Positions 1 to 12,048 of a stretch of DNA of 64,000 nt are shown here, piece by piece. A program made the position numbers and the translations under genes. The stretch lies in NCBI GenBank assembly GCA_030390025.1, contig JASTWF010000334.1, positions 1-64,000 of the forward strand. Direction: 5' to 3'. Every line of letters starts with the position of its first letter. Within the stretch, counting starts at the first letter, position 1. The stretch is from Squalus acanthias. Its lineage: Eukaryota. Under the pieces are notes generated by a model. It saw only the letters and a program-made list of their open reading frames with translations. It was not told where the DNA came from and searched no databases.

Positions 1-593
1 CTGACCCGAGTGAGGTCGTTGAACTTTTTTGCGGCATTGAACATGGGTCCTGGGCACCATGCTCCTGGAGGAGACGCCTCTGAGCCACCTCCCTCCACAC
101 TCTTCTGTACTCGCGTGGCCAAAGGCCTCCTGCACTCTCAGGGAAGAGTATAGATTTTCTGCGCTCCACCGCGCCAACCAGAGCATCCAAGGCCCGCTCG
201 GTGAAGCGCTGAGCTCGTTCTCCACCCTCTCCATCCTTGGCAGCAAAATGGATTCACAGGTCTCCTCCAGGCCGAGATTCAAGGCTGCAATGAGCAGGGT
301 GTGGCTGGGGAGCAAGTTGCCCCCCCCCCCTTTAAGAACTGGCCGGCGCCAGTGTGTCTGTGTTCCCTCGCTAACTGGCAGCACCTGCGCTGCGCTCGCG
401 CGCTGAGTTAGCGCCTCACTGCTCGGCCTTTGTGCCTTAAGACAGGTGGTGCAGCGCCTGATTTAGTGCTCCACTCACCTCCCGGGGCGGTAAAAGTGAA
501 GTTTCCAGTCAGTGGCGATAATTAGCGCCAGGCGCTAATTTTTGCGTCCAGACGATATTTGCGCCCAAACGGGGCGCGACCTAATTTTTCCCC
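1..593 (-). mobile_element. End of a PIF/Harbinger transposon carrying a degraded Myb/SANT-like exon 1
   Basis: Minus strand of 1-240 reads, with frameshifts, RAQRFTERALDALVGAVERRKSILFP..VWREVA..RTHVQCRKKFNDLTRV. The terminus AATTTTTCCCC is at 583-593. 400-593 is the near-exact reverse complement of 23455-23650. Confidence 0.85.
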
Positions 594-1544
594 AAAGAGT
601 TGTAGGCTTACAGAGCCTATCTCTGAGACTGAGAATTGCTTGCCCCTTCCAGCAAATTCTGTCTTCCTATTTGAAAGTTTGATATTTTATACCCTTTTTG
701 TCACTGGTATCTCCTTTGAATTTTCTGCTGATGTCAGCTAATTATCTCTAGTCATGTTTCTGTTGACCCCTTGCTATTCTTACAGTCAGTTAATTTGTTG
801 CATTAAGAATTATGTCTCCTCCTTTAGGTGTTCAAAACTTATCAAAACTTATCATATAAACAATGTGACAGCAGTGGTTCTATTTGATGCCATTTTTACG
901 AAGATCTCCTGTTCAATTCTTAAGTCACCTCAGCTGGTGTAAGCAGACTTCGTGTCTCCTATGTATTCCAAGTTCAACACAAAAACAATGTGATTCCTTG
1001 GTGTATCTATTGATGTCATATTTATGAAAGTCTTCTTTTCGTATCTTTTTACAACAGGTAAATTAAAAACACTTCAACCGAGTACATGATTGTCTTCCTA
1101 GCTACCTCAGTTGGTTGTATTAAGAATTCTGTCTCCTGTCTTTCATTTGATGTCATATTTAGGAAGGCATATGTTTCTTTAATGTTCTGTGTTTCTGTTT
1201 CCCGAAGTGTTGGTTTATGACACCTTAACATTAAACCATTGTGCTCTTTCATGTGCCTGTTTACAAAGTGTTGTTTTAAAACAATTTATCCGGGTATATT
1301 GGTTGTCTGTTTTCCAATGCTACAGACTTAGAGGAACCTCCAACCTGTTGCTTCAATAGGGCTACTGTTTCAGTGTCAACAACTGATTCTTATCTCAAAA
1401 GCTTGTAAGCTGTTTACAGCTTTGTGTCGTTGAGGCTTTTAGATTTTCAAACCCAGTTTGTCATGTTTAATAAAGTCAGAATATTTCATAGAATGGTGTA
1501 TTTTTCTGAATAGGTATGGCTCATTCCTTCACAAACTAAAGTCA
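594..1544 (-). repeat. AT-rich segment with diverged internal repeats and a TATA box; possible LTR (U3) remnant
   Basis: Recurrent motifs TTGATG(T/C)CAT(A/T)TTT (~883, ~1010, ~1147) and TAAGAATT.TGTCTCCT (~804, ~1121). GGGTATAAAA on the minus strand at ~686-695. No convincing ORF. Confidence 0.3.
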
Positions 1545-2034
1545 TATACCAAAAGCATGGTGAACATTTATTTCCTTTCCTCCTGGACATCAGATTCCAA
1601 CGAAGACCAGCCGTGGCAGCAGCAGAACCGTGAACAACAACAGCACCAACAGCAGCAGCACCAACAGCAGCAGCAACAACAGGAGCACCAAGCTGCTGCT
1701 CACCCACTTGAAGCTGCACAGGCCAGAAGGCGCCAGCGCGCGACCACATTGCCAGACGGAATGCAAGGGATGCACTCATGTTGGCCAGATTTGCTTAGCC
1801 TGCACAATCAAACAATTTTGCCTCGCACCTTCTTACCAGAGCATCGACAATGGACAAGAACTTGCAGAGTCCTATTACTTTGACCACCATACTGACAATT
1901 GCAAGTCGCCCTAAGCCCTCAATGTGGAAGTCCCATTTGCAAAATGACACAGGCCACAACTTCAACAGGTTGCCATCAAATCTGTTTATGAAACCATGAC
2001 AAGGATGGCTGATCAAAAAACAAGACATCACAAC

Positions 2035-2119
2035 TACAGAAAACGCTGGAAAAACTCAGCAGGCCAGGCAGCATCCGTAGAGAGAGAAAGAGAGTTGACG
2101 TTTCAGGTCGATGACCTTT
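2035..2119 (-). mobile_element. Short Penelope-terminus-derived insertion with a truncated hammerhead core, inside Harbinger A copy 1
   Basis: Minus strand reads TGATGA-A-AGGTC-ATC-GACCT-GAAA-CGTC-AAC..GATGCTGCCTGGCCTGCTGAG. Flanked by the 9-bp duplication CATCACAAC (2026-2034, 2120-2128). Absent from copy 2. Confidence 0.75.
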
Positions 2120-4119
2120 CATCACAACACCCAATTGACTACCCTTGTGACTACTTGTGCTTTATCTTCCTCTTACGCATGCTCCTACGTGGTGCTTCCC
2201 CTTTGGCTTAAGCAGATGTGCTGGCCCCTTGCTCACTTTCTTGCTGCTCCTGTCTCGACACCTTTGGCGGGCGTCCTCTGGGGTTGCGAACCTGTGAGGG
2301 CTCAGCATCGGTCTGCTGCTCCTGCGGCTGTGCAGGGGCTGAGACGCCCATCTCAGTTGGGTGAGGACTCTGGTGCGGCTCTGACCGACGGCTTTGCAAT
2401 GGCATGTTTGTGTGAGCGCTTGGAGAGGAGCCCCCAGTTCCTTGTTGTCTGCCACCAACATCCCTCTCAGGGGTCAGCCCCACTTCAGAGCTAGCAAGTG
2501 GCTTGACAGAACCTCGCTGCACTACAGGGGGGCCATGAGGACACGTTTCTGCACTGGAACTCCTACTCCAGAGGACTTCCATGAAGGTCTGGTTTGTATG
2601 CTCAATAACTGACCATCACTCCTCAAGAGATGTCATTCTATTCTGAACATTGACCATGTTTTCAAGACCTTGGTGACTAAGCTCCTCCATGGTCGTAGCC
2701 ATCCTCTCCTCTACCATAGCCAACCTCTCCTCAAAGCCAGCCTTACCACGGAGGTAGCCATCCTTTCCACGAAGGTTGCCACCCTTTCCGTGGTGATGCG
2801 TTCATGCGCCAATGCCTCTACAAAGGCTCTGCTCATGTTCGCGATAGACTCCTCCATTCGCTCCACACTCTCAGCGACCCTGGAGACAAAGCTTGCCAGA
2901 GACTCCTGCACCTGTTCCTGGAGTTCCAGCAACACTCTCCTTCTGCATGGACCCGGAGGCACAGGGTCGACATGCAGCTAAGCCGAGCTGGCAGAGTCCT
3001 ACGTCCTCCAACGAGGACTCTCCACTGCTGTCCCTGTCTCCACCATCTGCTGATGCTCACTTGTGAGCTGTGATACACCAGGTGACAACACTACTCTATC
3101 TCGTGAAGGTCCCACCGATGTGTGAGTGTCTGCGCTGGTGCTGGGTGCGCTGAATTCTGCTGACGCTGCGCCCTCAGAGATTGCAGCTTCCTCTGAGGAA
3201 TCTGGAGGCTCAGGCTGTTCCTTCTGGACAGTGGGGAAGGGGGGCTTTCGATGGTCCTGTGGGGGAGTAAAGGAAAGAGTTTGAGATGTGCGGTCAAGGT
3301 TACATGCACATTGAATAGTGCAGATGATCAGAAGTCAATATGTTAGAGCATCAGAATCATGATCAGTGACTCATCCCGGCGATTTCCAGGGCTGCCTCCT
3401 CCCAGGCGGTGAGCTGGGCTACTGAGTGTGGCCCTCCTCCTGTCATGGCTCTTTCCCTCTTATTGTGTGCTCTCTTTTCCTGCAATGAGGGACACAAGTG
3501 GAGTTTGAGTGAGAATGAAGGAGTGAGTGTAGAGAATCTATAGCTTAGATGCTTAGAAGGAGACAAAGGGCCCTCCTTGTGTGTTGTAAGATGTTGTCAT
3601 TGCATCACAGTGATAGGGAGTGTGAGGGCTGCATGGTCGAATAGTTAAGTGAATGTGACCATTGAGAGAGAGGAAATGGGTAAGGGTTCAGGGATGTAAG
3701 TGTCAAGTGGGATGTGGAAGAAGAGGTTGGCAAAGCAGAGTGCTGGTGAGGAGAGGCACTGGGGATCAGATTGAGGGTGATGGAAAGTCATACTCACTTT
3801 TCCTGTGCGGAGAAGGTCATGAAACCTCTTCCTGCACTGCAGCCAGGTTCTGCGGCTCATCGAGATGGAGTTGACCTCCTGGGCCACTTGCAGCCACACA
3901 GCTTTAGTCTGCTGGGGTGGCTTTTTTCTCCCTGAGGAAGGGAAGAGCACCTCCTTATTGGATCTTGCTCCCGCCACCAGAATTTGGAGGGAGGGCTCAT
4001 CGCCGCATGGAGCACACTTTGGCCTACTGGTGGACATAGTCAATCATAGTGCTTACTAAAATGGCCATAAAGTTTGCAGTCTCCAGAAGAAGCCAGGCTG
4101 TTTGCAGGCCTTAAAATCC

Positions 4120-4404
4120 CTGTGACCCCACCTCATTGTCTTAGTTGTATTTTGCTGTGTCTTTGATATAATGTCTTCCTGACTGACCTGATTGTCTCTC
4201 TGCCGAGGTGTGATAAAAGGCAGTCAGAAAGATTAACTGTAGTCGTCTGACATTGTACGCTGCACAGGCATTGTTCTCTTTCTATATATGCTTTGACGAT
4301 TCGTATTCCTTCACTTCACCTGACGAAGGAGCAGCAGCTCCGAAAGCTTGTGATTTCAAATAAAAATGTTGGACTATGACCTGGTGTTGTGCGACTTCTC
4401 ACTT
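4120..4404 (+). mobile_element. Penelope pLTR-like / retrozyme-like insertion
   Basis: Absent from the equivalent site in copy 2 (GGCCTTAAATCCAGCAGC at ~27378). Flanked by TTAAAATCC / TTAAATCC. Contains TATATA (~4283), a hammerhead motif and AATAAA (4359-4364). Confidence 0.75.
4316..4353 (+). ncRNA. Minimal type I hammerhead ribozyme motif
   Basis: TCAC-CTGACGA-A-GGAGC-AGCA-GCTCC-GAAA-GCTT-GTGA. It has the conserved CUGANGA and GAAA boxes, a 5-bp stem II, a palindromic AGCT stem III and a TCAC/GTGA stem I. Confidence 0.8.
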
Positions 4405-4608
4405 TTAAATCCAGCAGCATTGATGACGTCATCAGAGGCGACTTTCTGGATGAAAAGACTCATTGGGCCAGGGGTTCCCACACGCTGGAAATCAATTGCT
4501 CAATTAGGGGAAAATCGCACTTTTTCCCCACTTCACTTCGGAGTCGGGGTCCTGACACGAAAACCACCTGACATGCTCCAGCCCGCCCACAATGGCAAAA
4601 TCGAGCCC

Positions 4609-5214
4609 TATATGTCATTCCCTATTGCCAGAGAAGACCAGAGGCAGAGAGCACTCGGATTCAACAGGATTGCGGGATTCCCCATGGTCCAGGGAGCCAT
4701 TGACTGTACACATGTGGTAATGCAAGCCCCTCATTTAAACTCAGGGGTGTTCAGGAACAGGAAGGGATTCCATTCCCTCAATGTACAGATTGTCTGCGAC
4801 CACCGGCAGAGCATCATGCAGGTGATTGCCTGCTATCCAGGGAGCTGCCACAATGCATTTATAATGAGACAGTCATCCGACCCACAGATCTTTAAGACCC
4901 AACGCAATGTACATGGCTGGCTACGAGGTGACAAGGGATACCATCTGATGCCATGGCTCATGACTCCCGAGAAACCCCCAGACACCAGATGAGCACTCAT
5001 ACAATGAGAGCCATTCAGCCACCAGGAATATCATTGAGCAGACCATTGGAGTCCTCAAGCAGAGGTTTAGCTGCCTTGACCATTCAAGAGGTCCCCTGCA
5101 GTACTTGGCCAAGAAGGTGTTCACATTTGTGGTGAATGCTCGACAATCTGGGGATCGTGAGATACCAGCTGTTACCACCAGTAATTGTGCCAGAGGGTCA
5201 AGCTCAGGAGCCAC

Positions 5215-5245
<31 letters not shown>

Positions 5246-5925
5246 AGAAGAGGAGGGGTCCAGCAGGAGCACCAGAGGCTTCCAAGTTGACAGGCTGCAC
5301 CGAGGAGGGACGCTGGCTGCCATCTAATTGAACAGCTCTTTTGAGAGACCTGCTCCACCATCAGACTCTGGAGCACTGTTGCCACACAATGCACCTTCCA
5401 TGACTTAGGGTCCATCAGGCAGTCCATCATCTGCACTCAATCCTTTCAACCCATTCCCCATGAAGATCACAATAAAAATGACCACCGATTCCACTGCTAC
5501 CCAATTACCATGATCACTGTTTATATACATCAAAAAAAACTATGTATACATGACATAAGCAACATCACTTACAAATATTATACTATTCACCCTGGTGCTT
5601 ACCCTTAGCACTCTCTATAAGTGCTCTTGCTTAATCTAGTGCTTCTACGAAGTGCAACCCCAGTGGTAGCAGCAGGCGAGGTGCATGGCTGCTGAGAATC
5701 TGAAGAGGGCAGTTCAGATGTCCTCCTGGGAGACCCTTGAGAGGCTGTTGGCCCTTATAGCCCCGCCTCAGACTGCACCATCTCAGCATGGGCTTCAGCA
5801 ATCTGGGCCGCCTGGCTGGCAGACAACAGCAAGGGCAATGGTAGAGTGGTGGGGTGAGAGCAGCAATGCTGGCATCTGGAGAGGGGCCATTCGGTTCCTG
5901 TTCCATGTTTCCCACACTACTACCT
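4609..5925 (+). pseudogene. 3' half of a HARBI1-like Harbinger DDE transposase plus the 3' end of its convergent Myb partner
   Basis: Motifs [44 protein letters not shown] and (R)NIIEQTIGVLKQRF, followed by an acidic E-run. Stop codons are present. Confidence 0.9.
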
Positions 5926-6034
5926 CAGGGCCTATGTTCAGCCCACCTGATGGAGGACAGATCTGTGGGCATCGGAAGTCCTGCAGTGATGTCCTAGCTC
6001 TGCGATAATGAGCTTCTGACAACCATTTTCCTTT

Positions 6035-6207
6035 AGGTCAGGTGTGACTCCAGTCATTGGAGAGTTTTCACTTTGATCCCCCTTAACCTCAGTTTGGCTC
6101 GGGCTCCTCGGTTGAGTGCTGCCTCTATGTTGAGAGAAGCACCTCTCACCTCTCCTCTGGCACTCAGCTGTTGTGCCCAGATCAAGGCTCTGGTGACGTC
6201 TGGAGCC
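6035..6207 (-). mobile_element. CR1/L2-group LINE RT fragment
   Basis: Reverse complement matches 43690-43880. Confidence 0.65.
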
Positions 6208-6619
6208 TTTCAGTGTGAAAGAAGATGGAAGGCAGGCCCTGCTGAATGATGTATCAGTTACCCGTTTGATGTATCTGTGGGCAGCAAACTGGCCGAGAAT
6301 GTGGATGATCCCTCAGTTAGTCAGGAGGCAGAAAAGTTGGGAGAGGATACTATTAAAGGGACATGGCAGAATAGGAGGACAAAGGAACTTACAACCTTTG
6401 AAAGGCTTAAAGACATCTCCAGTCATTGACAGCCTTTGCAAAGGCTGAAGGGAGAGAGACAAAAATGAAAGTACCGGAAGGCCAAGGTGGAGGCCTGAGT
6501 CTGCAGGCAAGTGAGGGGCTGCCCAGCCCCTGCACCCTGCCGAAGGTTGTTGAAGTGGAGGTGATGCTGCATGATGTGGTTGCTAAGAGGGTTGCCCTCT
6601 GTGTCCCTCTGCCTCACTT

Positions 6620-6908
6620 CCCATCACTCTGTCTCACTCTGTGTCACTCTCTGTCACTCTCCTTCAATGTGTGTCGCCCTGCGTCAATTTGCGTCACGCT
6701 GTGTCAATCTGCCTCAGTTTTTCTCAGTCTGCATCACCCTGTCACTCTGCACGACGCTGTGTCACTCTGAGTCACTCTGAGTAACTCTGTGTCACTCTGT
6801 GTCACTCTGTGTAACGCTGTGTCAATCTGTCCCACACTGTGTCATTCTGTGTCACTCTGAGTAACTCTGTGTCACTCTGAGTCACTCTGAGTCACTCTGT
6901 GTCACTCC
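6620..6908. repeat. 10-bp tandem repeat (GTCACTCTGT)n, degenerate
   Basis: Directly visible. Confidence 0.9.
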
Positions 6909-7505
6909 CCATGCATCCATGTTGCATCAAGTGTGGAAGAAGTATAGGCAGACCTGAGAGCATAGCTGGTCAACATGGTCACTGGCTGTCCCAACACCGT
7001 GTTGCAAGGTGGCTGCAGACATCCTCACAGCAGATAGCACAGCTCTGCACCTGGCTCCTTGCTGACCTGGAACCTATCTATAAAGTTCCCCACTGTTTGG
7101 ACGTTGTGGAGAGTTGAAGGATTAACAGTCGAACTGCTTCATATCATGGAACAATAGACTTTCCAATATAAACAGGATGGCTTGAAGTGTCGTGAGAAGA
7201 AAGCATAGCTGGTCTTCTGACGTGAAAAATGCTTGTGTAAGGAAATAAGTTATGATGTCAGCCATTGGTGATTAAAGTGTAACTTTAGGGGCTAAGGTAA
7301 TAAACATAGGTAGAGGTTTCCAATAGTTATAGTATAGAGAGATAACGGTTGATAAAGCCCGTTCTTCAAAGATGTTGGGAACAGTTAGGTCAGGAAGTCT
7401 TGTTTAAGGGAAGTAGCTTTGGAATAAACAACTACAACTGTTTACATGAATAGACTGTCTACATTATGCAGTCTTATCTTACCTTTGATGTAGGCAAAAT
7501 ATAGT

Positions 7506-10500
7506 GTACTCAAATCCTCTTGCAATGAAGGCCAACATGCCATTTGCCTTCCTATCTGCTTGCTGAACCTACATGTTTGCTTTCAGTGACTGGTGTACAA
7601 GGACACCCAGGTCCCTTTTTTGTACATCAGCATTTACCAATCTAGCACTATTTAAATAATACTCTACCTTTCTGTTTTTCCTACCGAAGTGGATAACTTC
7701 ACATTTATCCACGTTATACTGCATCTGCCATGTATTTGCCCACTCACTCAACTTGTCTAAATCGCCTTGAAGCCTCTTTGCATCCTCCTCACAACTCACA
7801 ATCCCACCTAGTTTTGTGTCATCAGCAAACTTGGAAATATTACATTTGCTTCCCTCATCCAAATCATTGATATATATTGTGAATAGCTGGGGCCCAAGCA
7901 CTGATCCCTGCGGTACCCCACTAGTCACCGCCTGCCACCCGGAAAAAGACCCATTTATTCCTACTCTCTGTTTCCTGTCTGTTAACCAATTTTCAATCCA
8001 TGCCAGTATATTACCCCCTATCCCACGTGCTTTAATTTTGCACACTAACCTCTTATGTGGGACTTTATCAAAGGCCTTCTGAAAATCCAAATACACCACA
8101 TCCACTGGTTCTCCCTTATCTACTCTACCAGTTACATCCTCAAAAAACTCCAGTAGGTTTGTCAAACACGATTTCCCTTTCATAAATCCATGCTGACTTT
8201 GTCTAATACCGTTGATATTTTCTAAGTGTCCTGTTATCACATCCTTTATAATAGACTCTAGCATTTTCCCTACTACTGATGTTAGGCTAACCGGTCTGTA
8301 GTTCCCTGTATTCTCCCTCCCTCCTTTTTTAAATAGTAGGGTTACATTTGCCACCCTCCAATCTGCAGGAACTGTTCCATAATCTATCGAATTTTGGAAG
8401 ATGACAACCAATGCATTCACTATTTCCATGGCTACCTCTTTAGTACTCTGAGATGCAGATTATCAGGCCCTGGGGATTTATCAGCTTTCAGTCCCATTAA
8501 TTTCTCCAGCACTATTTTTTTACTAATACTAATTTCCTTTAATTCCTCCTTCTCACTAGACCCTTGGTTCCCTAGCATTTCTGGGAAGTTATTTGTGTCC
8601 TCTTCCGTGAAGACAGAACCAAAGTACTTGTTTAATTGCACTGCAATTTCCTTGTTCCCCAGTATAAATTCTCCCGTTTCTTACTGTAAGGGACCTACAT
8701 TTGCCTTCACTAATCTTTTTCTTTTTACATACTTGTAGAAGCTTTTACAGTCCGCTTTTATGTTCCTTGCAAGTTTACTCTTATACTCTATTTTTCCCCT
8801 CTTAATCAATCTCTTGGTCCTTTTTTGCTGAACTCTAAACTGCTCCCAATCCTCAGGCTTGCTACTTTTTCTGGCAACTTTATATGACTCCTCTTTGGAT
8901 CTAATACTATCCTTAATTTCTTTTGTTAGCCATGGTTGAGCCACTTTTCCTTTTGTGTTTTTGTGCCAGAAAGGAATGTATAACTGTTGCAATTCATGCA
9001 TTCGTTCCTTAAATGTTAGCCATTGCCTATCCACCATCATGCCTTTTAATGAAGCTCCCCAATCTATCCTATCCAACTCACTCCTCATACCATCGCAGTT
9101 TCCTTTGTTTAGATTTAGGACCTTAGTTTCGGATTGGACTTCTTCACTTTCCATTTTAATGAAGAATTCTATCATGTTATGGTCACTCTTCCCTAAAGGA
9201 CCCCGCACAACAAGGTTATTAATTAAAACCTTCTCATTGCACAATACCCAATCTAGGACAGCCTGTTCCCTAGTATGCTCCTCAACGTACTGGCCTAAAA
9301 AACCATCTCGTACACACTCCAGGAATTCATCCTCCACAGTATTATTGCTAATTTGGTTTGGCCAGTCTATATATAGATTAAAGTCACCCATGATTACTGT
9401 AGTACCCTTGTTACATGCATCTCTAATTTCCTGTTTGATGCCATCCCCTACATTTCCACTACTGTTTGGCGGCCTATAGACAACTCCCACCAATATTTTC
9501 TGCCCTTGGTTCTTCTTAGCTCCACCCAGACTGATTCTACATCTTGATTTTCTGAGCCAATATGCTTTCTCACTATTGCTCTGATTTCATCCTTTACTAA
9601 CAAGGCCACCCCACCTCCTTTGCCTTTTCACCTGTCCTTCCTAAATATCGAATATGCTTGAATATTCAGCTCCCAGCCTTGGTCACCCTGCAGCCATGTC
9701 TCCGTAATTGCAATTATATCATATCCGTTTACATCTATTTGTGTTGTTAATTCTTCAACCTTATTACGAATGCTTCGTGCATTCAGATACAGTGCCTTTA
9801 GATTTGTGTTTTTAACATTTTTAGACATCTTAACATTTTTTTGTACTATGGCCCTATTTGTCTTATTACCATTTTTTCTTACCCAGACCCTATTTGTTAG
9901 TGCACTCCTTTGTTGGTACACTCTGTCCCTTCCTAACTCAATCTGGTTATCCTTACCCCAATCACTTTCCTGCACTGCTTCTTTGTCTTTTCTCTTTAGC
10001 ATTCTAGATTTCACTCCACCAGGACCCTCCCCCACCCCCCTTATTTAGTTTAAAGCCTTATCTACCTCCCTAGTTATTCGATTCGCTAGAACTCTGGTCC
10101 CAGCATGGTTCAGGTGTAGTCCGTCCCAACGGAACAGCTCTCTCTTTCCCCAGTACTGGTGCCAGTGCCCAACGAATTGAAACCCACTTCTCCCACACCA
10201 ATCTTTGAGCCATGCATTCATCTCCCTGATCCTATTGACCCTATGCCAATTTGCTCGTGACTCTGGTAATAATCCAGAGATTATGACCTTTGTGGTTCTG
10301 CTTTTTAATTTAGTCCCTAGCTGCTCAAACTCTCTCAACAGAAACTCTTTCTTTGTCCTACCTATGTCGTTGGTACCTACGTGGACCACTACAACTGGAT
10401 CCTCCCCTCCCACTCCAAGTACTTCTCCAGATGTCCTTTACCCTGGCACCGGGTAGGCAACATAGCCTTCGGGACTCACGCTCCTGGCTGCAGTGAACAG

Positions 10501-10652
10501 TGTCTATCCCCCGAACTATACTGTCACCTACTACAACCACCTTCCTTTTTACTCCCCCCACTTGAACGGCTTCCTGTACCACGGTGCCATGGTCAGTTTA
10601 CTCGTCCTCCCCGCAGTCCCCGCACTGGTCCACAAGGGTTGCAAGAACCTCG
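7506..10652 (-). mobile_element. CR1 LINE (ORF1 SGNH esterase, ORF2 APE endonuclease-RT), truncated at both ends
   Basis: Esterase motifs GDSIVRG, HVGTND and DGLHLN. Endonuclease motifs YLNARSI..TETW, YRPP, GDFN and SDH. RT motifs YLDFQKAFDKVPH, GVPQGSVLGP and FADD. A few stops and frameshifts. Confidence 0.97.
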
Positions 10653-10664
10653 AATGTTTTGGGG

Positions 10665-11277
10665 GTTGTGTGCAGCCTTCTCTGGTAGCAAATATAAAGG
10701 GGACATATGTAAGTGAAGAGGACCACCAGGAAGATAGAACACAGCCAGAGCAGATTGGATGGAGGTGACAGGCTTTGTGAGTGCTGTCCCACCTGTGGCC
10801 CAATCGTGCATCCTTTCAGGAAGCTGCAAGGTTACCAGCTGAGTGTACAAACATGTAACAACATCTCCATGGGTTGTTTTAGTAAGATTGTTTATTGCTC
10901 CTCACTATTAACTTGGACTAGCTGCGTGAGGGAGAATGCACAACACTTTGCCAAATGCTGATCTTTGTAAGCACACAGGAATATTCATCATTTCCATATC
11001 GACCAGCCAATCCGGATCCAGGCCTGATTCCCAGTCCTTTCCCCCACATTCCTGCTGGTAATGCACTTGAAAAGCCGTAGATTTTCAGGGCCAGTGTTCC
11101 TTACAGCTGTGTATTGACACTTTCACATCAGGTTGATTCGGAGAGAACCCTGTGCTGTTTGAATAACTGTGTAAACTCCTGCTGGTGTCCTGGGCACCAT
11201 GTCACAGCTTATCTCACACTCTTCTTTCTTACATATGTCCCCTTTATATCTGCTTCCAGAAGAAGGCTGCACACAAC
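10665..11277. repeat. ~50-bp inverted repeat pair enclosing a fragment of an unclassified interspersed repeat
   Basis: TTGTGTGCAGCCTTCT(-/T)CTGG(T/A)AGCA(A/G)ATATAAAGGGGACATATGTAAG at ~10666-10713 (+) and ~11228-11276 (-). 10745-10980 matches the reverse complement of 35820-36060. Confidence 0.8.
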
Positions 11278-11744
11278 AGGAGGCAGTGCTGGTAGACTGG
11301 AGGACCGGAACTCACTAAAGCTTTGGAACGCTGACAACTTATCAGGAGAGGGCCAATAAATTATGGGTGTGGAGTTAGTAGAGAAGGTGGGAAGCCTGAA
11401 CTTGGACCTCTGACACAAAGCTGGAAAAGACTTTGTGTTGCCACAGTACTTGATACTTGAGACAAGACACATTTATTGACCTACAGTAGGGCACAATGAG
11501 AGTAAAAATCTATTGTATATTGGAAATAAATACGGCCACAGAGAGATTCACTGACATATTAAAATGTGTCAATGTTCTCACCCCTGCAGAGTCCTGGGTC
11601 TGCTCAATTCTCGGCCTCTCAGTGACAGAGGAAGAGCCAAGTAGCCTGGACAGGCTGTACAGAAAGAACTGGAGACGGCAACCACAGGGCAGCCTGGGAA
11701 CTGAACTGGAGCTGGCTGAGCCGGGGAGACACACCCACAGCTGA

Positions 11745-12048
11745 GGGAGGAAAGGGGGAGAGAGAGAGAGAAACAGAGAGAAAGTGAGAGAGAGAGAGAG
11801 ACAGAAAGGGAGAGAGAGATAGCGAGAGAGAGGGTCGGAGAGAGATTGAAACAAAAATAGAGCGAGGGATGAGAGAGACAAAGAGACCGAGAGACAGAGC
11901 AGGAGAGAGAAAGAGGGACAGACAGAAAGAGAGAGAGAGAGAGAGAGGCAGAGATAAAGCGAGAGAGAGTGATAGTGACAGAAAGGGACAGAGATAGGGA
12001 CAGGGAAAGAGAGGGAGAGAGAGAGATAGAAACGGAGAGATAGACAGT
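11745..12048. repeat. Degenerate (GA)n microsatellite, continued at 16276-16465 after a Harbinger insertion
   Basis: Directly visible. Confidence 0.9.

Larger units (their letters stand above)
1545..4608. mobile_element. Harbinger family A, copy 1 (left end missing): internally deleted transposase (+) and degraded spliced Myb/SANT gene (-)
   Basis: Collinear with 24865-27585. Right TIR GGCAAAATCGAGCCC ends at 4608. Myb exon 1 reads MSTSRPKCAP..WLQVAQEVNSISMSRRTWLQCRKRFHDLLRTGK (3798-4037). Confidence 0.9.

Noticed and set aside
1557..1798. Poly-Gln protein
   Set aside because: It is the low-complexity N-terminal stub of the deleted Harbinger transposase.
4366..4992. 208-aa HARBI1-like ORF as a domesticated gene
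   Set aside because: Chimeric read-through from the pLTR and a Harbinger terminus into a truncated transposase with downstream stops.
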